DNA of 64,000 bases from positions 3,264,001 to 3,328,000 of the forward strand of contig CAVVPN010000003.1 in the NCBI GenBank assembly GCA_963750165.1, written 5' to 3'. Origin of the DNA: an uncultured Gemmataceae bacterium. GTDB lineage: Bacteria; Planctomycetota; Planctomycetia; Gemmatales; Gemmataceae. This document shows, piece by piece, positions 60,344 through 64,000 of this stretch. The position numbers were made by a program, and so were the translations under genes. The notes under the pieces are model-generated. The model was given only the letters and a program-made list of their open reading frames with translations, was not told the DNA's origin and ran no database searches. Positions within the stretch are counted from its first letter, which is position 1; the number at the start of each line of letters is the position of its first letter.

Positions 60344-61930
60344 TCAGTGGCGGAAGTGCCGCACGCCGGTGAAGACCATCGCCAGGCCGTGTTCGTCGCA
60401 CGCCGCGATGGAGTCGGCGTCGCGCTTCGAGCCACCCGGCTGCACGATCGCCGCCACGCCCGCCCGGGCCGCCTCGTCCACGTTATCGCGGAACGGGAAG
60501 AAGGCGTCTGACGCCAGGACACTGCCCCGTACACGCTCCGCCGCCTTGCGCACTGCGATCTGCACCGAGTCCACCCGGCTCATTTGCCCCGCGCCGACGC
60601 CGATGATCTGCTGCCCCTTCGCCAGCACGATCGCGTTGCTCTTGACGTGCTGAGCCACGCGCCACGCGAATTTCAGGTCCGCCCACTCCGCCGCGGTCGG
60701 CTGCCGCTTCGTCACCACCTGGGCGTTGGCGAAGTCGTCGCCGCTCTCGTCCGCCGTCTGCACCAGCATGCCGCCATTGATGGGCCGATAGTCGTACCGC
60801 GCCGCATCGGTCGCGGAAGCGGTCAACGGTCCCGTCGCCAGCAGCCGAACGCTCTTCTTCCAGCTCGGCTTGGTTGTCAGCAGCTGCAGCGCCGCGTCGG
60901 CGAAGCCGGGAGCAATGATGCACTCCAGAAAGCGGCCGTCCTCACACAGCAGCTCGGCGGTCGGCTGATCGATTTCGCGGTTGCAGCCGAGGATGCCGCC
61001 GAAGGCGCTCACCGGGTCACCGGCGTAGGCGGCGGCGAAGGCGGCGGCGAGCGTGTCCGCGACGGCGGCGCCGCAGGGGTTGTTGTGTTTTATCATCACG
61101 CACGCCGGCTCATCAAAACGCCGCACCAGCGCCAGGGCGGCGTCCAGGTCGAGGAGGTTGTTGAAGGACAGTTCCTTGCCGTGCAGCACGCGGGCGCTGA
61201 CGACGGTGGCACTGCGGCCGGTGGGGTCGGCGTACAGCGCGGCGTGCTGGTGCGGGTTCTCGCCGTAGCGCAGCACCTGCCGCCGCTCCAGCGTCAGCGT
61301 CAGCCGCGGCGGCCATGCGGCCGGTTCGGTGGGGGGGATTGTCGCGAAGTAGTCCGCGATGGCCTGGTCATAGGCGGCGGTGCGGGCGAAGGCGGCGCCG
61401 GCCAGCCGCTGCCGCGTCGCCAGCGTCAGCGCCCCGTTGTGCTGCTGCAACTCCGCGACCACCTCGGTGTACTGCCCCGGGTCGCTGACGACAGCGACCG
61501 CCTCGTAATTCTTGGCGGCGGCGCGGAGCATGCTCGGACCGCCCACGTCAATGTTCTCGATGATGTCGTGGTGCGTGGCGCCGGGCCTGCCCCGCGTCTG
61601 CTCGAACGGATAGAGGTTGCAGACCACCAGGTCGATGAGCGCGATGCCGTGCTGTTGCAGCGTCGCCAGGTGCTGCGGGTTGTCGCGCCGGGCGAGGATG
61701 CCGCCGTGGATGCGCGGGTGCAGCGTCTTGACACGGCCGTCGAGCATCTCGGGAAACTGCGTAACCTCGGCCACCTCCGTGACGGGGACGCCGGCCGAAC
61801 GCAGCGCTTGATAGGTGCCGCCGGTGGAGATGAGTTCGATGTTGAGGCGACGCAACGCCTGCGCGAACTCGACCAGGCCGGTCTTGTCGCTGACGCTGAG
61901 CAGGGCACGCTGGATGGGTCGCTGGTTCAT
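60344..61930 (-). CDS. purH: Bifunctional AICAR transformylase / IMP cyclohydrolase
   Basis: ALLSVSDKTG, STGGT, GRVKTLHP, ENIDVGGP, LRYGENPHQ, KHNNPCG, GQMSRVDS, SDAFFPF, TGVRHFRH. Confidence 0.98.
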   Translation of the reverse strand: MNQRPIQRALLSVSDKTGLVEFAQALRRLNIELISTGGTYQALRSAGVPVTEVAEVTQFPEMLDGRVKTLHPRIHGGILARRDNPQHLATLQQHGIALIDLVVCNLYPFEQTRGRPGATHHDIIENIDVGGPSMLRAAAKNYEAVAVVSDPGQYTEVVAELQQHNGALTLATRQRLAGAAFARTAAYDQAIADYFATIPPTEPAAWPPRLTLTLERRQVLRYGENPHQHAALYADPTGRSATVVSARVLHGKELSFNNLLDLDAALALVRRFDEPACVMIKHNNPCGAAVADTLAAAFAAAYAGDPVSAFGGILGCNREIDQPTAELLCEDGRFLECIIAPGFADAALQLLTTKPSWKKSVRLLATGPLTASATDAARYDYRPINGGMLVQTADESGDDFANAQVVTKRQPTAAEWADLKFAWRVAQHVKSNAIVLAKGQQIIGVGAGQMSRVDSVQIAVRKAAERVRGSVLASDAFFPFRDNVDEAARAGVAAIVQPGGSKRDADSIAACDEHGLAMVFTGVRHFRH

Positions 61931-62008
61931 GGGTAACCCGGCGGTTGCGGTGGGAGTGCGGGCGATCCCTGGGGTGATTGTCGGCAAGGGGCGGCGCCCG
62001 GCAAGCCT

Positions 62009-62034
62009 TTGTGCAGGCGGGCCGTCCGCACTAC
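62009..62034. repeat. Half copy of the GTAG REP-like element
   Basis: TTGTGCAGGCGGGCCGTCCGCACTAC matches the right arm at 5723-5748. Confidence 0.6.
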
Positions 62035-62093
62035 GGAAAAAGTGCATAGAATGAGCGGAGCCCACCGCCGTCCGCCCGGGAGGCCCGCCGCTG

Positions 62094-63092
<999 letters not shown>

Positions 63093-63144
63093 TGGCCGGA
63101 TAAGGAAGACGCTTCGTAGCCACAATCGAGCCGACCGCGATTGG

Positions 63145-63220
63145 GTGTGCCACTGCTTGGCCGCCCTTCTGGAACTGGATGGGGATACCAGAGACGAGGG
63201 GCGGCCAAGCAGTGGCACAC
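63145..63220. repeat. 22-bp inverted repeat (REP-like)
   Basis: GTGTGCCACTGCTTGGCCGCCC ... GGGCGGCCAAGCAGTGGCACAC. Confidence 0.75.
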
Positions 63221-63312
63221 GGATCGGCAATCCGACTCGACGCCGGCCGCCGCACATGGTACGCTGCCCGCAGCCCTGGAACAGTGAGCCGCCCAGGCAG
63301 CACGAGGCACCG

Positions 63313-63732
63313 ATGAGCGTGTTCCCCGGTCCCGCCCTCGCATCCCCGGACAGTCCGGAGCCCCGGCACCGCAGGGCGCCGCGGCGCTGGCGCGACAAGT
63401 TCCGCGAGGCGCTGCGCGGCATCAAGTTCGGCGTCCGCGGCCAGTCCAGCTTTTTCGTTCATTTCTTCTTCGCCGCCCTGGTGATCGCCGCGGCCCTGGT
63501 GCTGCGCTGCCCGCTCATCGAGAGTTGCATCCTCCTGGGCTGCATTGCGATGGTGCTGGTGGCGGAGCTGTTCAACACCGCCGTCGAGACGCTGTTCCGT
63601 GGCCTGGATGAGGAGGCCCGCGAGCGCGTCTGGCCGTGCCTGGACATCGCCGCCGGCGCCGTGCTGCTGGCCAGCGCCTTCGCCGCCATCATCGGCGGTC
63701 TTGTCTTCCTCCGCCTGCTCAGCCTCTTGTAA
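63313..63732 (+). CDS. dgkA: Prokaryotic diacylglycerol/undecaprenol kinase
   Basis: F..ALRGI, FFVH, AELFNTAVE, LDIAAGAVL; three TM segments. Confidence 0.88.
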   Translation: MSVFPGPALASPDSPEPRHRRAPRRWRDKFREALRGIKFGVRGQSSFFVHFFFAALVIAAALVLRCPLIESCILLGCIAMVLVAELFNTAVETLFRGLDEEARERVWPCLDIAAGAVLLASAFAAIIGGLVFLRLLSLL

Positions 63733-63738
63733 ATAGAG

Positions 63739-63863
63739 GGAACCACGAATAACACGGATAACACGGATTAATACAACAGCGGGAAGGCGAGGACGGCCAA
63801 CCGGCATTCCGGCACCCGTCGTTTTCCTTCTTTATCTGTGTTATCCGTGTCATCCGTGGTTCC
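63739..63863. repeat. Inverted nonamer (ACACGGATA) repeat element
   Basis: GGAACCACGAATAACACGGATAACACGGAT ... ATCTGTGTTATCCGTGTCATCCGTGGTTCC. Confidence 0.8.
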
Positions 63864-63884
63864 TGCTTGAGAGGAGATGTACCG

Positions 63885-64000
63885 ATGCAGCGCGTCCAGG
63901 ACTGGCTGAAGGCGAACGACGCGAAACTGATTCAATCCCTGGCGAGCCTGGTGGCCATCCGCAGTATCAGCACGGACGGCGAGCACCAAAAGGAACTCGA
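63885..64000 (+). CDS. 5' end of a probable M20-family peptidase (3'-partial)
   Basis: GAGGAG RBS; MQRVQDWLKANDAKLIQSLASLVAIRSISTD. Confidence 0.6.
   Translation, partial: MQRVQDWLKANDAKLIQSLASLVAIRSISTDGEHQKEL

Overview
High-GC bacterial chromosomal window, most likely Planctomycetota (Gemmataceae-like). This is inferred from the LEARTL-type N-terminal export motifs, the MoxR-DUF58-BatA-VWA operon and the planctomycete-style Rieske/cytochrome b cluster. In order, it holds: a glycogen/trehalose cluster (treZ, debranching enzyme, HAD-ATPase, treY, glgX); two tandem surface beta-helix/DUF4214-like proteins; a ~2380-aa poly-HAMP hybrid histidine kinase with a partner hybrid kinase; an RluA-family enzyme; a striking GspE-N + major-vault-protein-like (vault repeat/SPFH shoulder/coiled-coil) fusion; a transmembrane-less RND periplasmic protein; a Dual-OB/DUF488 pair; RlmL-like, DinB, NifU and TIM-barrel genes; a Rieske-cytb/diheme-c-cytc' operon; DHH and GT2 genes; a seven-gene MoxR operon; a probable transposase relic; purH, a second moxR, dgkA and a partial M20 peptidase. 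Non-coding signals: a ~110-bp dispersed element with a TATAAT box and a covarying hairpin (3 copies plus a reverse-complement match in a 5' leader; sRNA candidate), a second 57-bp dispersed element, and many heptamer, nonamer and REP-type palindromes, two of them lying in-frame inside genes. At least six 1-bp-deletion frameshifts look like sequencing or assembly errors. All family calls come from motif recognition by eye; no database searches were run.
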